DNA of 64,000 bases, taken from assembly GCA_964016885.1 (NCBI GenBank), contig OZ024741.1, forward strand, positions 49,910,001 to 49,974,000, written 5' to 3'. The stretch comes from Eledone cirrhosa (lineage: Eukaryota). Positions 36,673 to 50,514 of the stretch are shown here, piece by piece; the stretch's first letter is position 1; the number at the start of each line of letters is the position of its first letter. Position numbers and translations under genes: made by a program. Under the pieces are notes generated by a model. It saw only the letters and a list, made by a program, of their open reading frames with translations. It made no database searches and was not told the DNA's origin.

Positions 36673-37022
36673 GGTGAAGACATATGGCTTAGTGATTGGA
36701 GCATTGGGCTTACAATCATGAGGTTGTGAGTTCAATTCTCAGACTGGGCTTTGCATTGTGTTCTTGAGCAAGACACTTTATTTCATGTTGCTCCAGTTCA
36801 CTCAGCTGTAGAAATGAGTTGTGATGTCACTGCTGTCAAGCTGTATCAGCCATTGCCTTTCTCATGTTGGAAAATATCGGTGGCATGGAGAGGGGTGACT
36901 GGTATGCATGGACGACTGCTGGTTTCTCACAAACAACCTTGCCTGGACTTGTGTCTCAGAGGGTAATATTCTAGGTATAAATCCCATGGCTATTCATGAC
37001 CAAACGGGGTCTTTACCCTTAC
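36673..37022 (+). mobile_element. CORE-type SINE with a different 3' half, nested in an older Nin-type SINE (about 36610-37170)
   Basis: The tRNA head and CORE match 5817, but the tail is unrelated. Halves of the Nin-type SINE lie on either side. Confidence 0.7.
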
Positions 37023-37216
37023 TTGACTGGTACTCCATTTTGTCGATCTTGGGGGGATGAAAGGTAAAGTTGAACTTGGCAGGATTTGAAACCAAAATGT
37101 AAAAGAAATAATGAAATGCTGCTATGCATTTCATCTGATGCTCTAACGATTCTGCCAACCAACTGTCATTAAGAATATAAAATATTAAATAAAATTTTTC
37201 AAACAAAAACACTTAC

Positions 37217-37316
37217 TTGGAAAGAAGTTTTCACAGTATTCACCAGAATAAATATCAAGACACACACAAGTGTTGTTTATCCAGCTCAAACCACCATTGT
37301 TTTTACATGGTGTCAC
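37217..37316 (-). CDS. Host gene coding exon B (EGF-like module), absent from the ORF track
   Basis: tttcAG|GTG ... CCA A|GTAAGT encodes VTPCKNNGGLSWINNTCVCLDIYSGEYCENFFP. It is phase 0 in and phase 1 out. Confidence 0.88.
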
Positions 37317-37581
37317 CTGAAATTATATACATGAAGTGACAATGGATGTGTATAGAAGTGTGGCGTGGGTGTGTTGTGAAAGACAAGAAATCACATCAAA
37401 GATAATAACAAAATTCTAAATCAAAATGTTCTCTTCCAATACGTGGGTGTCAATGTTTTCTTTTGGGGTCAGATTATAAGCATCTATTGGTCTATTGATA
37501 TTTTTCTTTGTAAGTGAAGCAACATTTATCATTATGTTTTGGACCTTATTTTATAGATAAAATTTCTCTCAAAGTCTTTAA

Positions 37582-37767
37582 CCCTTTAGCATTTACATTA
37601 CTCTATATTTACTATTGTATTTTCATGGTAAACACTTTATCTCACATAATATCAAATCTACAAGATTTTGCTATTATTAATTTTGAGAAAAATACCTTAA
37701 CATAAGTATGATCAACTGGTTATGGCCGGTTTGAACTAAAATTTAATCCAATTTAAATGCTAAAGTG
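37582..37767. mobile_element. piggyBac-type MITE (opposite orientation)
   Basis: TTAA-CCCTTTAGCATTTA...TAAATGCTAAAGTG-TTAA. Confidence 0.8.
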
Positions 37768-38216
37768 TTAAACTTTAAAGATTGTATCATTTTGAATGAA
37801 CACTATTCATGACAAAAATGTTTTTCGACATCAGTATTTGAATACAGCAAGGGTGAATGTTGTCCAGCAGAATCTCTATACAAAGAAATTTCTATCTAAA
37901 AGGAAATCATGCTCAAGACTTCAATCCAGAGAACATTCTGCAGCAGCTTCTATTGAAAATCTATTTAAGTTGCCATATGATCCAACCAGATCGGTTGGAG
38001 ACAGTTGCTTCTGACAAGACCCTGCTGGAATGAGTGTTTGAGGACTCTGCCTCAACGAGCCTCTCAGGAATAAGTGGGTGAAGAAGATGAAGAAGGTGGA
38101 GGGGGATGGCAGGGGAGGGGAAAAGGAGGAGAATAATAATAATAATTGTTTCTACTTTTGGCACAAGGCCAGCAATTATCCCAGTGCATTACTGGTACTA
38201 CTACTACTACTACTAC

Positions 38217-38282
<66 letters not shown>

Positions 38283-38565
38283 TATATCCAAGAAAAGCCG
38301 ATACCAATATAAGCCAACCCCACTATTTTATGTCTGAGAAATGGGCAAAAATCCAAACCTTATTTACGTGAGATTTGTAGTTGGTGAAAATTGACAAAAT
38401 ATTGACCCCCAAATATAAGCTGACCCCTTTCTACCATTGATTTTTGGTCACATATTCCTTGGCTTATATTTCATGGAGTTTAAAACTTTGAAATTATCTG
38501 GTAGTCTCTGCTTAAATTACTTAAGGACAAATATAATGCAACCAGAAGTTATTTATCATGCTTAA

Positions 38566-38775
38566 CCCTCTAGCCTTTAAACCGGCCGTATCTGGTCAGA
38601 ACTCTCTCACCTCTTTCTGTTCAAACTAGCTTTAACTGGTTGCTCATACCTACATTAAGGTATTGTTCTCAAAATAAATAACATCAAAATCTCATAGATT
38701 TGATATTATGTGAGATAAAGCCTTAACTGTGAAAATACAATTGTATATATATAGAGTAATGTAAATGCTAAAGGG
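38566..38775. mobile_element. piggyBac-type MITE
   Basis: TTAA-CCCTCTAGCCTTTA...TAAATGCTAAAGGG-TTAA. Confidence 0.82.
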
Positions 38776-39251
38776 TTAAATTTTTTTCTGGTGTAAGGAT
38801 ATCTGAACTAAGGGAATCTATAAGATACTGTAGATCATTCAATAATTTAGTCAGATCTATTTGAGTCTCAAAAATGTTGTTTCCTCTTTACATTTGAAGA
38901 GATTTCTAAAAAAAAAATCATGACCCCCTCCCCCAATTTCTTCTCATTATTAAACAAAGAATACAGTATTTCAGATGCATAGTATATTTCTACAGTTCTG
39001 ACTAATGACATCATCATCATCACCGTTTAATTTCCATTTTTCAATGCTATCATGATTTAAACAAATTGTCCAATTTGAGACAAGTCAGAACTGTTTCTGG
39101 TTTGGTTTCTATAGCTGGATCATGATCATCATCAACATTTAATGTCCATTTTCTACGTTAGCATGGGTTAGACAGGTTGTCTCGTTTGAGACAAGTCAGG
39201 TCAGGTGACCATGTCTTGCTCACACTGTTTCTGGCTTGGTTTCTATAGCTG

Positions 39252-39822
39252 TTTAACAGGTGTGGTTGATGTATATATATATTTTAAAGGAGCATTTCAT
39301 ACTTATATACTCCTCCGTCTTAGCAGTATTATATAGATGTAGTAGTCTTATTATAATTACCAGTTTAGCAGAGTTATAGAAGTAGTGATGTAATAGTTAT
39401 AACGCCATGAGTAACCAGTTTGGTAGAAAGATAGGATAGGAATATTGACAACGACTTTAGCTTGTTTTACATTATTTATTAACAAAGGTTGAGCTGAGTA
39501 GAGCTGAATAGAGCTGACATGCCAAGAGAAATAAAACAAACGAATTGAGATTTCAGAAAGGCACGGTCTACTGGCTGCAGTGTTGCCAGGCCGTGGTTAA
39601 ATTGTTGTGTTACATATTGGCTAGTGATTTCACGGTGAAAGAAAAATAGTTGTTTACCTTTCAACGGTTCAAGCAGCAAGAAAGAGATTTCTCGAATCGA
39701 CGCAGGAATTTTTCTTGCAGGGCGCGTAGAAATACATTCTCCTCCGCTGGCGGTCATTGGCTGGGCTGAGCCAAATAACGCACGGAGAATGTATATGAGC
39801 CCGCGGAATGTAGGTCACTACA
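39252..39822 (-). mobile_element. Probable solo LTR
   Basis: It interrupts the CTATAGCTG|GAT motif of a repeat with 4-bp TSD GCTG. One end reads TGTAGTG, like the other LTRs. Confidence 0.65.
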
Positions 39823-40289
39823 GCTGGATACTCTTCCTAATGCCAACCACATGGCACCGTTATGAGGTGGGACAGAGCAGTTGGCCACACCATACCCTGC
39901 TCACAGCAGAACCTTAGTTTGGGAGCCGGGTGGGAGGTCTGGCCAGTTGGCCGCACCAAACCTCACACATAGTGGAGCCATGTTACTGTGTGGTCCTGTT
40001 ATGAACCAAGTCTGGCCAGGTGGCCACACCATACCTTGCACAATATGAGGACCAATGCTGTATTTTGGGATCTGGCTGGTCCCATTATGAGGAAGATCTG
40101 ACCAGTTGGTCGCACCCTACCCTACCCTCAATGGAACCATAATTTGGGAGCAGCATGGTCCTACCATAAGGGAGGTTGAGCCAGTTAGCTGTGCCAAGCC
40201 TTATTCATAAAGGAGCCATGTTACTGTCAACCACGTTTACAGTGTGAAGTTGGGTGGCACCTTTATGAGCAGGGATCAGGGCTGGGTTG

Positions 40290-42470
40290 GCGACACGAGT
40301 CTTTTGTTGTACATTGTAGTGCCAGAAGTCTCAGTCCTGTGTCATCTCCATTGGGAGGTTCAGCTGAGCCAGGTCAGCCTTTATTGTTTCATCCCATATC
40401 TTCCTGGGTTTTCCTCTTTTGGGGCATCCTACAACCTCTAATGCCCTGCACTTTTTTATACAGTTGTCATCCTTCATGCGCATCATATGTCTGTAGTCAT
40501 CTCTCCTGCAAACAGCATTTGATCCCTCTTATTCCCAGTTTCACTCTCAATTCATTTACACTTTGTCATTCTCTACAATTACACATCCATCTGAGCAAAC
40601 AGGCTTCATTTCTTTCCGATCTCTGTTGATCTTCGGCACACAGTGCCCATGTTTTGCTTTCATGTAGCACTGCTGTGCACACATTGGTATCATACAACTT
40701 CCCTTTTATCTTCAGTGAGAGACTTTTTGTAGCTAGCAATGGCAGTAGCTCCCTGAACCTTTTCCATCCCATTCATACTCTGGCAACTGTACTTTCTGCG
40801 CATCCTCCCCTGCTGCTGATTTTGTTACCCGGATAGCAGAAGCTATCAACTATTTCTATGGGGTCCTCTGTGCATTTAAACAAGCTTGCTTCTTGAGGGT
40901 ATTTGCTTACTGCCCCTGTGCTAGCCTGCCTGCTTTCCCACAACGACTTTTGTGTACCCACAGTTTGCATTTGAGGCACCAGATTGAGTTTCTGCCTACT
41001 TCTTTCCTGCATACCGCAGAACCATTTCAGTTTGTCAGCATATAGGAGTTCCCATTAGTAGCCAGTCTTAAATTCCTCTGTTATATGCTGTAGGACAATA
41101 ATAAAAAGGAGGTAGCTAAGAACAGAATCCTGGTAGACTCCCACCTGTACACTGAATTCCTCATTGTACTCATTGTTGATTTTTAACTTTGCTTGAGGCA
41201 CCCCTGTACATGGCTTGTACTGCTCTCATGAGCCACTCATCTAGCCCTTATTTTCTGAGGGACTCTGTCAAAAGTTTTCTCTAGGTCCACAAATAATAAG
41301 TTGAGTAGCTTGCTTTTAGCCAAGTATTTCTCCTGCATTTGCTTCACAAAGAAGAGGATCTCAGTGGAGCTTTTTCCTGGCACAAATCCAAACTGCATCT
41401 TATTTGGGCGTATACAGTCTCTAATAAATTGTGCAATGACTCTTTCTGTAACTTTCATAACCTGGACAGTCAGCTTTATACCTCTGTAGTTACTTCTCTC
41501 TAGGACATCTCCTTTTCTCGTGTAACAGCTGATGATGATGATGTTGTTCTAATGACTGGGAATGACACCATTCAGTATTACTTGGTTTACAGCAAGGGTG
41601 GTTAGGGTGTACCCTACTGTCCCAAATGCTTTCAACATCTCAGCAACTATTCTGAATGGTCCAGCAGCTTTACTCATCTTCATGTTCTTAATTGCCTTAC
41701 TTACTAGGCTGCTACCTACTTGTACAGCTGGACGTTTTGTTGGGTACACTTGGGGCAGGCTGTTTACCTCCCATGCATTTTCCTCATTCATCAGCCTCTC
41801 ATAATAGCATTTCTATGCAACTTTCTTTTCAGAATCTGTGAGGGCAAGTGTGCTATTGTTGTTATGAATGCATCATGATTTTCCTTGACACATTGCTTCT
41901 TGTTTTTGGGCCTTGCATTCTAATACATGCTTAAACTTTTCATTTTCTGCTTCTCCCTTTGCCCAGTATACTTGCCTCCTATCTTCTTCTTAAGGGTACC
42001 TGCTACCTCCATTTTTCCATTTTTTTTCATGCCTGCCTTTTGGCTTTACTTGCCGCATCCACCTTACTATTCTACCACCAGGTGGCTCTACTTCTCCCTG
42101 GGGCCTTGCTCCATCCACAGATCTCGTTTGTCGCTTTCAATATGTTTTTATTTCTTCTTCCTTACTTATCAAAGGCATTAAGTAAAATTCTCCTGAATTT
42201 GTTATAAGCTAAGGGCTCCTTCAGTTTCCATATCCTTCTCCTCCAGGTTGTTTTCTGACTCTGGGTCTGTCTGGTTCTGACTCTAAAGATGCAGACTACC
42301 AGGTAATGTTGGGAAATGCATTCCTCATCCGTGATGCTTTTCGTGCTTATGATCATTGCTCTATCTTGAATTCTGGTGGGGATATAGTCAATTTGGCCGG
42401 TGCACTCCCTTGAACTATAAGTTATCAGTTGATTGGCTGGTTTCTTAAAGATCATATTGCAGGTAATCAT
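40290..42470 (-). mobile_element. Old, internally deleted RTE LINE
   Basis: Fragments GQIDYI, MQFGFVPGKS, FVDLEKTFDRVP and GWKRFRELLPLL. Confidence 0.88.
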
Positions 42471-43070
42471 CATCATCATCACCGTTTAATGTCCATTTTT
42501 CCATGCTGGCATGGGTTAGATGAGTTATCCTGTTTTGTGAGCAGTGCTAGGTTAGGTGACCATGTCATGCTCATACAGATATATATATATATATATATAT
42601 ATGAGTGTGGAACTAGCTGTTGAAATGGCAAGAACTCAGCTATCGGGATCCCAACTCTTTATAATATAACCATACTCTACTACCCCAAGTATCAAGTACT
42701 CTGGTGTTAGTAATGATCTAGCCAGTTTCAACTGAATCCATCCTGATTTACATATATATATATATCATCATCATCACCGTTTAACATCTATCTTCCATGC
42801 GAGCATGGGTTAGATGGGTTTGTCACATTAGAGGCAAGTTGGGTTGGGTAGAATACAGTACTGTATTCTCTAACAATTAATTTTTATATTAATGCTCTTC
42901 CTATACACTTTTTGCTTGACGTATATTTCTCTTGCTTACTTTCATTGTTTGCTTGTCTTGCAATTTATACGCATTGGGCACACTGTCCTCTTCATTACTG
43001 GCTTATAATTCTCACATCTATTATCAAATCTCCTATCTCTCCTTCTTGATTGGTTGGTACATATACTTTT

Positions 43071-43101
<31 letters not shown>

Positions 43102-43580
43102 ATATAAATTAGCGAGAATCATATTTCAGCACAGGAATTAACGAAAATCAACATCCGATATGTGTGGCAAGCGCTCGATGATTCATGTGAATCAGAGCTA
43201 CAACATACGTTAAGGGCCAAACACACTGAGATGATGGTTAAACATATCATCCGCACAGCCAAAACAAACGACCAAGTAATTCGGGTCAAACAATAAAAAT
43301 ATAATATACAAAAGTTAAAACATTAGAGAAAACAATACCACATTCTTGAACAAATATATTTAATGGCTGACAATTGTTTCGGGAACCGTATCATTATTCT
43401 TCACATACAGATAATAATTATCAATTTGAGCTCCACTCATTGATCTCCTCTTCGATTAGTTAGTATACATACTTTATATATATATATATATATATATTGC
43501 AAGCTTTCGATTGTAACCCATGCTAGCATGGAAGATAGATGTTAAACGGTGATGATGATGATGTATATGTATATATATAT

Positions 43581-45978
43581 ATCATCATCATCATCATCAT
43601 CATTTTACGTCCGCCTTTCCCTGCTTGCAAGGGTGGGACGGGTCTTATTCAGCACAGCATCTCTCCACTCGTCACGGTCCCTCATCATCTCCACCGTGAG
43701 CTTCAATGATCTGAGGTCTGTTCTCACCACCTCCGCCCATGTTTTTCGTGCTCTACCTCTACCACGTCTTCCTTCAACTGGCAATTCCTGGCACTTCTTC
43801 ACCCATCAGTCATCCTCCATGCGCATCACATGTCCATACCACCTCAGTCTCCTCTCCCGTACACTACATTCTATCCCTCTCAGACACAGTTTCTCTCTCA
43901 ACACATTTATGCTGGGTCGTTCACGCACATTTACACTGCACATCTAACGGAGCATGCTTGCCTCATTTCTCTCCAGCCGTCGCTTATCCTCTGCAGTTGC
44001 TGCCCATGTCTCACTACCATGCAGCATCGCGCTCCTCACACAGGCATCATACAACCGGCCTTTCGTACGCAGGAAGAAACCCTTCTTCGTCAACAGAGGA
44101 AGCAGCTCCCTAAACTTCTTCCAACCCGTCCTTATTCTAGATACTATGGCCTCGGAACACCCTCCTCCCATGCTAATCTGATCTCCTAGGTACCGGAAGC
44201 TATCCACCACTTCTATAGTGCCCTCCTGCATTTGAAAAATGTGTCTATCAATGCAACTTCTACTGTCTAATTTCCCTGTACATCTACTGCATACATATTT
44301 CTCCCTACCTGTTAGTTTGCCTGCTATCCCACTACATCTCTTGTGTACCCAAGATCTGCATTGTGTGCATTTTATAAAATTTATGCCAGTTCCTTTTCTG
44401 CATATCGAACATGGCCATTTACCTGACGGAATCAGGGTTTTGTCCTCTTTTCTACTCATCAACACTTTTGTCTTAGCTAGATTCACTCTCAGTCCTCTTG
44501 CTTCCAACTGCTGTTTCCATAGCCAGAATTTATTCTCTAGCTCCTCTACTGATTCTGCTATAAGAACCAGATCGTCAGCATAGAGAAGTTCCCATGGACA
44601 GCCAGTCTTAAACTCCTCTGTTATGGCTTGGAGGACTATAATGAACAAGAGCGGGCTGAGGACCGAACCCTGATGTATTCCTACTTGTATCTGGAATTCC
44701 TCACTAAACTCCATTCCTACCCTGACTTTACTGAGAGTACCTCTGTACAAAGTTTGCCCTGTCCTCACAAGCCATTCCTCAACACCCAGCTTCCTTAGGG
44801 ACCACCAGATGACAGATCGGGGTACCCTATCAAAGGCCTTCTCTAGGTCAACAAAGGCTAAGTATAGTTGCTTATTCTTCTCTAAGAACCTCTCTTCCAA
44901 TTGTCTCACCAAGAAGAGGGCATCTGTTGTACTCTTCCCAGGCACAAAACCAAACTGCATCTCATCTAGTTTGACCCTTTCTCTAATTAGTTGTGCTAAA
45001 ATCCTTTCTGCCACTTTCATAACCTGATCTATCAGTTTTATACCCCTATAATTGCTCCTCTCCAAAGCATCCCCTTTACCCTTGTAGCAATTTATGAGAA
45101 TACTGCTGCACCAGTCTTTGGGTATGACACCGCCATATATAGCCTGATTGATAATGCGTGCAACCAGTTTAGTGCCTACGTCCCCTGATGCCTTCAGCAT
45201 CTCAGCAACTATTCCTGATGGTCTGGCAGCCTTACCATTTTTCATTTCCCTAATCGCCTCTTGGACCCTATATTCGTCAATCTCAATAGCTGGTCCCTCT
45301 GTCGGATCTACCAAGGGTAATTTCTCTCTCTCCCATTCATTCTCCACATTCATCAGTCTCTCATAATGACATTTCCAGGCCTCCTTTTTCTGATCATTCG
45401 TGACACTAAGTACACTGGCATCATCCCGGACACATTTATCTCCAACAACATCCTGATTTGCATTGACACACTGCCTTGCAATGTGGAACACCGCACGCCT
45501 CTGATCTTCCCATCGCAGAACATTGGCAAACCTCCTACTCTCTGCTTCCCTGCGTGCTAAGTACAACTGACGTCTAGCTTCTCTCTTAGTGACTGTATAT
45601 TCTTCCCTACTCCCACCCTTTTTCCAAGCCTTCCATGCTAGTCTTTTGTCTCTAATAGCCTTATCTACTGTGCTGTTCCACCACCAGGTCACTCTCTGTC
45701 TGGTTGGAGCTCTGCTCCAGCCACAACTTTCATCGGTAGCCTGCAGCAAGTTGTCACCTAAGAAATTCCAGTTATTATCTATGTCATACGTCTCTAAATC
45801 GTCTTCTTTTTCGTCATATACATCTTGAAGGGCTTTCCTAAATTTGTATTTTAGTGAAAGGTCTTTTAGCTTCCAGACCTTTCTTCTCCACACCTTCCTA
45901 TATGTCTCATTCCATCTCTTGCTTACTGAGATATCACTAACAACTAACCTATGCTGTGGGGTACATTCTTCCCCAGCG
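43581..45978 (-). mobile_element. Young 5'-truncated RTE LINE (same family as 10855 and 50515)
   Basis: The frame is continuous from AGEECTPQHRLV through YADD and the PHD-like finger. A TAG at 43944-43946 replaces Trp. Ends in an (ATG)n tail. Confidence 0.95.
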
Positions 45979-46147
45979 TAGATATATAGAGAGAGAGAGA
46001 TAATATAAATACTGGGATCCAGATCTATACAATTGACTAAGTCATAGTGGTGCCCCATCATGGCCTCAGTCAAATTACTGGAACCAATAAAAGAATAAAA
46101 GAAAAAAAAGGAATAAAGAGACTGAATGAAAAAGAAATCTATTTTAC

Positions 46148-46462
46148 CTTCTCCCATGTTGAACATCCAGGAATTATTTTGTGATTCTCGCATTTGTGGA
46201 TCTGAAAAGTATTTTCATGGATATAACAGTGCTTGTTGTCCTTGCAGCTACTCACTGCCTGGCATTTCCAATCATGACCACACAATTCTGCACATAGTAT
46301 TGCTGAAGATGCAATTTTGTATGGCCTAGTTTTCAGTAACTTGGTGTCCAGCCCACAAGATGTTAATCTTTTGAAAGCTAATGTTGGTATATTCTGAGGA
46401 AATATTCCTTTAATGCAATAGTAGCACACAAACAGGAATATACTGAACAAAGTAAGCTTCAT
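46148..46462 (-). CDS. Host gene first coding exon A (signal peptide and PAN/apple-like domain)
   Basis: ATG at 46462 starts hydrophobic MKLTLFSIFLFVCYYCIKG, followed by CAELCGHDWKCQAVSSC...CY. Donor AAG|GTAAAA is phase 0. A pyrimidine-rich acceptor ends at 46509, implying an upstream UTR exon. Confidence 0.85.
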
Positions 46463-46566
46463 TTTCTTTAATACAAACACAGACTCCAAAATGTTAATGT
46501 TCCAAAGTCTTAAATAATAAACAGAGAAGATAGAGATGAAGAATTATTCAAAATTTAACAGTAGTA

Positions 46567-46602
<36 letters not shown>

Positions 46603-46619
46603 ATAGTAGTAGTGGGGTA

Positions 46620-49350
46620 GGGCTCGTCAAATCTTTCTTCTCAACTCATCCATGTTCCTTTGTCCATGCACATTAACATTACCCATCCAGTGGAGCTTGC
46701 TTGCCTCATTTCTTTCAAGCTGCCTCAGATCTTCTGCACTCAAGGCCAAAAGTCTCACCAGCATGTAGATAACCATCTGTATTTAAGCATAATATAGTCT
46801 ACCTTTTCCTCTGAGAGAAAAACGTGTTGTTGCCATTAGTGATAACAGCTCTCTGAAGTTTTTCCAGCCTGTTCTTATCCTTACTACTATGCTGTTGGTA
46901 CAGCCACCACCACTACTGATGAGATCACATAAGTAACAAAAGTTATCAACTACTTCTAGCATACCTTCATAGCATACAGAGTTGCTTTGTGTGAGCTCTT
47001 GTTGCTAATTGTTCTTGAGTATCTACTACAATTAAGTCCTACTTTTCTGTCAGTCTGCCAACAACACCACAACATTATAATGCTTTCCAGCATAGTTATG
47101 TCCCTTTACGATCTGAGTTCAAATCCCGCCGAGGTTAACTTTGCTTTTCATCCTTACGGGGTCGATAAAATAAAGTACCAGTAATGCACTGGGTAATTGC
47201 TGGCCTTGTGCCTAAAGTAGAAACAATTATAGCTTATACATTGTGTAATGTATGGAATTTTTGCTCAATCCTTTCCTGGACCAGGACCATTTCTCTGCTG
47301 GTATCAAAGTCCTATTTTCCTTCCTACTAACACTTTGTTCTTATCTAACCTTTGATTCAAGACCTTGCTCCCAAGTTTGAAATTTCCTCTCTAGTTTCTC
47401 AGGGGTTTTGGCTATGGGAATTACTGTATATACTTGAATATAAGCCATCACAATATAAGCCGACTTCCCTATTTTGTGTCTGAGAAATAGGTAAAAATTC
47501 AAAGCCTTTTTATAAGCTGAGGCAGCTAATCAACACATTATGTTTAGATGGCGTATATAAGCTGACTTTTGCATCCATTTTTCCACGTTAGCATGGGTAT
47601 TAATATGAATTATTTACAATAAAATTTCACCAGAGTTAAATTAATAAAATTTAATAAGTGGGTTTAGAATGAAACTGGGGGGAAAGGGTCTGAAAAATTA
47701 ATAAGTGGAGGGAGGGGGACTATTCAAGACTTGAGAGTATATACAGTAGATTGTCTGCATACATGAATTCCCAAAGACAATCAGTCTTAAACTCTTCTGA
47801 TATGGCTTGAAGGGCTATAATCAATACCAGAGGACTGACAACTGAGCCTTGATGGACCTCTACCTGCATGTTAAATATTTCCCTATACTCATTTCTGATT
47901 CTCACTTTGTTGACTCACCCCATACATAATAGCTTATACAGCACTGACAAGCCATTCATCTACTCCTAGCGTTTTTAGCCAGCCACCCTCTCATCTGATC
48001 ATAGATCATGAACCCCTGTCAAAGGCCTTCTCCAAATACATGCTAAATATATAGAGGCTTATTCCTTGCTAGAGCCATTCAAGTTTGCACTATACAAAAA
48101 TGAGCATCTCCAGCAGATGATTTGTACACAAAAAGTATATAAGCTATAGCTTATTCTTATCATTTAGTGAATAAACTTCACTGATGATGGATAAACACTT
48201 GTCTGATGTTCTCACATGGCTACTGAGATAGCTGTAATATGATCACAGCTTAAAACATAGCATGACTTATATATGTTTATTATACATCAACATATTGTGT
48301 ACACCTTCTTATACACCTCTATTATTTTCCTGTAGTTGTCTCACTAGGAAAATAGCATCCGTGGAACCTCTTCCAAGCAGAAATCCAAACTGCATTTCAT
48401 CTAATTTAACACTTTAGCATTTAAACTGGCCATATCTGGCCAGAATTCTCTCACCTCTTTCTGTTCAAACTGGCCATAACTGGCTGCTCATACTGATGTT
48501 AAGGTATTGTTCTCAAAATAAATAATATCAAAATCTCTTAGATTCGATATTATGTAAGATAATTATGTAAGATAAAGCCTTTACCACAAAAATACAATAA
48601 TATATATAGAGTAATGTAAATGATAAAGGGTTAATCCTACTTCTGATTAGTTTTGCAATAACCCTTACCATTACGTTTTTACCTCTGCAGTTACTTCACT
48701 CTATTTCATCATCTTTGCTCTTGTAGTAGATGACAATGATTCTGCTATACCAAATATGGTTGGTCTCTCTGATTATAGTTAGACTCTGACTTTCCTGTGC
48801 ATTTTCTACATTCAACGGCCTCTCATGTTAATACTTCCATCCTACTTTCTTTTCAGTGTTAATCAGAACATATGCATTGTTATATTTCTGTATACACACC
48901 TCCAATGATGTGTTGATTCTCTCTGGTGCATTGCCTTACAATCTGGAATGCTTCACACCTTTGATCCTCACATTTCAGAACATGGTACAAACATTTTTCT
49001 TTCTGCATCTTCCTTTGTGAAGCACACTTGGCATATAGTCTCTCTTCAGGCTACTTATCTGCTGCCTTCAGCCATTCAATCTTTCCATGCCTGTCTCTTA
49101 GCTTTGATTGCTCTGTCCACAGAACTATTCTGCCATTAAGTCACCTTTTTATCTTACTGGGACTTTACCCCACTCATATGTTTGGTCTGTAGCTCTTACC
49201 AAGTTATCCTGAAGAAACTCCCAGTTTTATTCTAAGTTATACGTCTCAGTCTCTTCCACACTCATGTTATATGTCTCAATCTCTTCCACCCTCATGTGGT
49301 CTCAATTACAATTTCTTTGAATTGGTGGTCCATTGAGAGTTTTTTTTAAC
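46620..49350 (-). mobile_element. Highly decayed RTE remnants interrupted by a Nin-type SINE (about 47080-47230) and MITEs
   Basis: QVEVHQGSVVSPL, YADN and DEMQFGF remnants. Confidence 0.7.
48410..48630. mobile_element. piggyBac-type MITE
   Basis: TTAA TSD at 48406-48409 and 48631-48634. Removing it restores the RTE sequence. Confidence 0.82.
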
Positions 49351-50018
49351 TTCAATATCTTCCTTTTTTTCTTTCTTCTTTTTATCAACAAAATTATATT
49401 TGTAATGTTTTTCTGAACAAATTGCTAGCAATTTATAATGTTATTTATAATGTTATTTGTAATGTTATTTACGCATTTGTAATGTTACTTTTACAACTGT
49501 GAATAAAAAGTATTGTCTCCAAAGATACAAGAAACTCAATAGTATATATCTTCCTTCTCCATACTGTGTCATGCCTTCAGGTATGTTTAGCTCTTACTCT
49601 AAAGTTACTCCCTCATTTCATCATCATCATCATCGTTTAATGTCTATCTGCCACGCTAGCATGGGTTTGACGGGTTTGTCCCATTAGAGGTAATTTGGGT
49701 TGGGTGACCGTGTCTCGCTCATATAGGACTGTTTCTGGCTGGTTTTCTACGGCTGGATGCCCTTCCTAATGCTAACCATATTTACAGTGTGGGCTGGATG
49801 CTTTTTGTCATGACACCAAAACACATATAAGCATATTCTACATTTATAAAAGTATTCCTCATTTATAAATATCTTCCACATTTATAGATATACCATATAT
49901 ACTCAAATAAAAACCAATCCGAATATAAGCTGAACTCCACTATTTTATGTCTGAGAAGTGGGCAAAAATCCAAACCCTGGTTATAAGCTGCAGCAGCTAA
50001 TCAACACATTGTTTAGAT

Positions 50019-50327
50019 CAGTGATTCTCAACGTGGTCCAGGTGGACCACCGGTGGTCCACATAGCATTTCTAGTAGTCCACAGAGAATTCATAGCCATA
50101 AAAAAATTGTAGCCATTTCACAAAAATGTAACTAATATAATATTTTGTTTAATTACACACATGTCCATTATATTTGAAAATTTCGAGATCACAGCTCTGA
50201 TACTATGGGCATGTGGTTAGAATGTCTCTAGCAGTTCTATTACAAAAGATTTTAAAGTTTAGGTGGTCCACAGGAAAAAATTACTTATTTTGGTGGTCCA
50301 CAGCGAAAAAAAAGTTGAGAACCCCTG
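50019..50327. mobile_element. hAT (Buster/Charlie-like) MITE
   Basis: TIRs CAGTGATTCTCAAC and GTTGAGAACCCCTG with 8-bp TSD GTTTAGAT. It is nested in a TATAAGCCGA-type repeat also seen near 38300 and 47430. Confidence 0.88.
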
Positions 50328-50514
50328 GTTTAGATGACGAATATAACACAACCACACCCCTATTTTACCATCAAATTTTGGGTCACATATTCTTTGTCTT
50401 TGTCTTATTTAAATTTATAAATATATATAAACATTTTCTACATATATGATGTGTTAGGAAGGGCATGGTGTTAGGAAGGGCATCCAACCAGTATATATAC
50501 TACTGCCAAAAACT

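Noticed and set aside
43360-43450. Minus-strand GAAACAATTGTC hammerhead 3' half
   Set aside because: The CTGANGA core is degenerate and stem I does not pair, so it is only a remnant.
43944-46193. 749-aa ORF as a host-RT fusion
   Set aside because: RTE homology stops near 45978. The N-terminal part is intron sequence plus host exon A in another frame.
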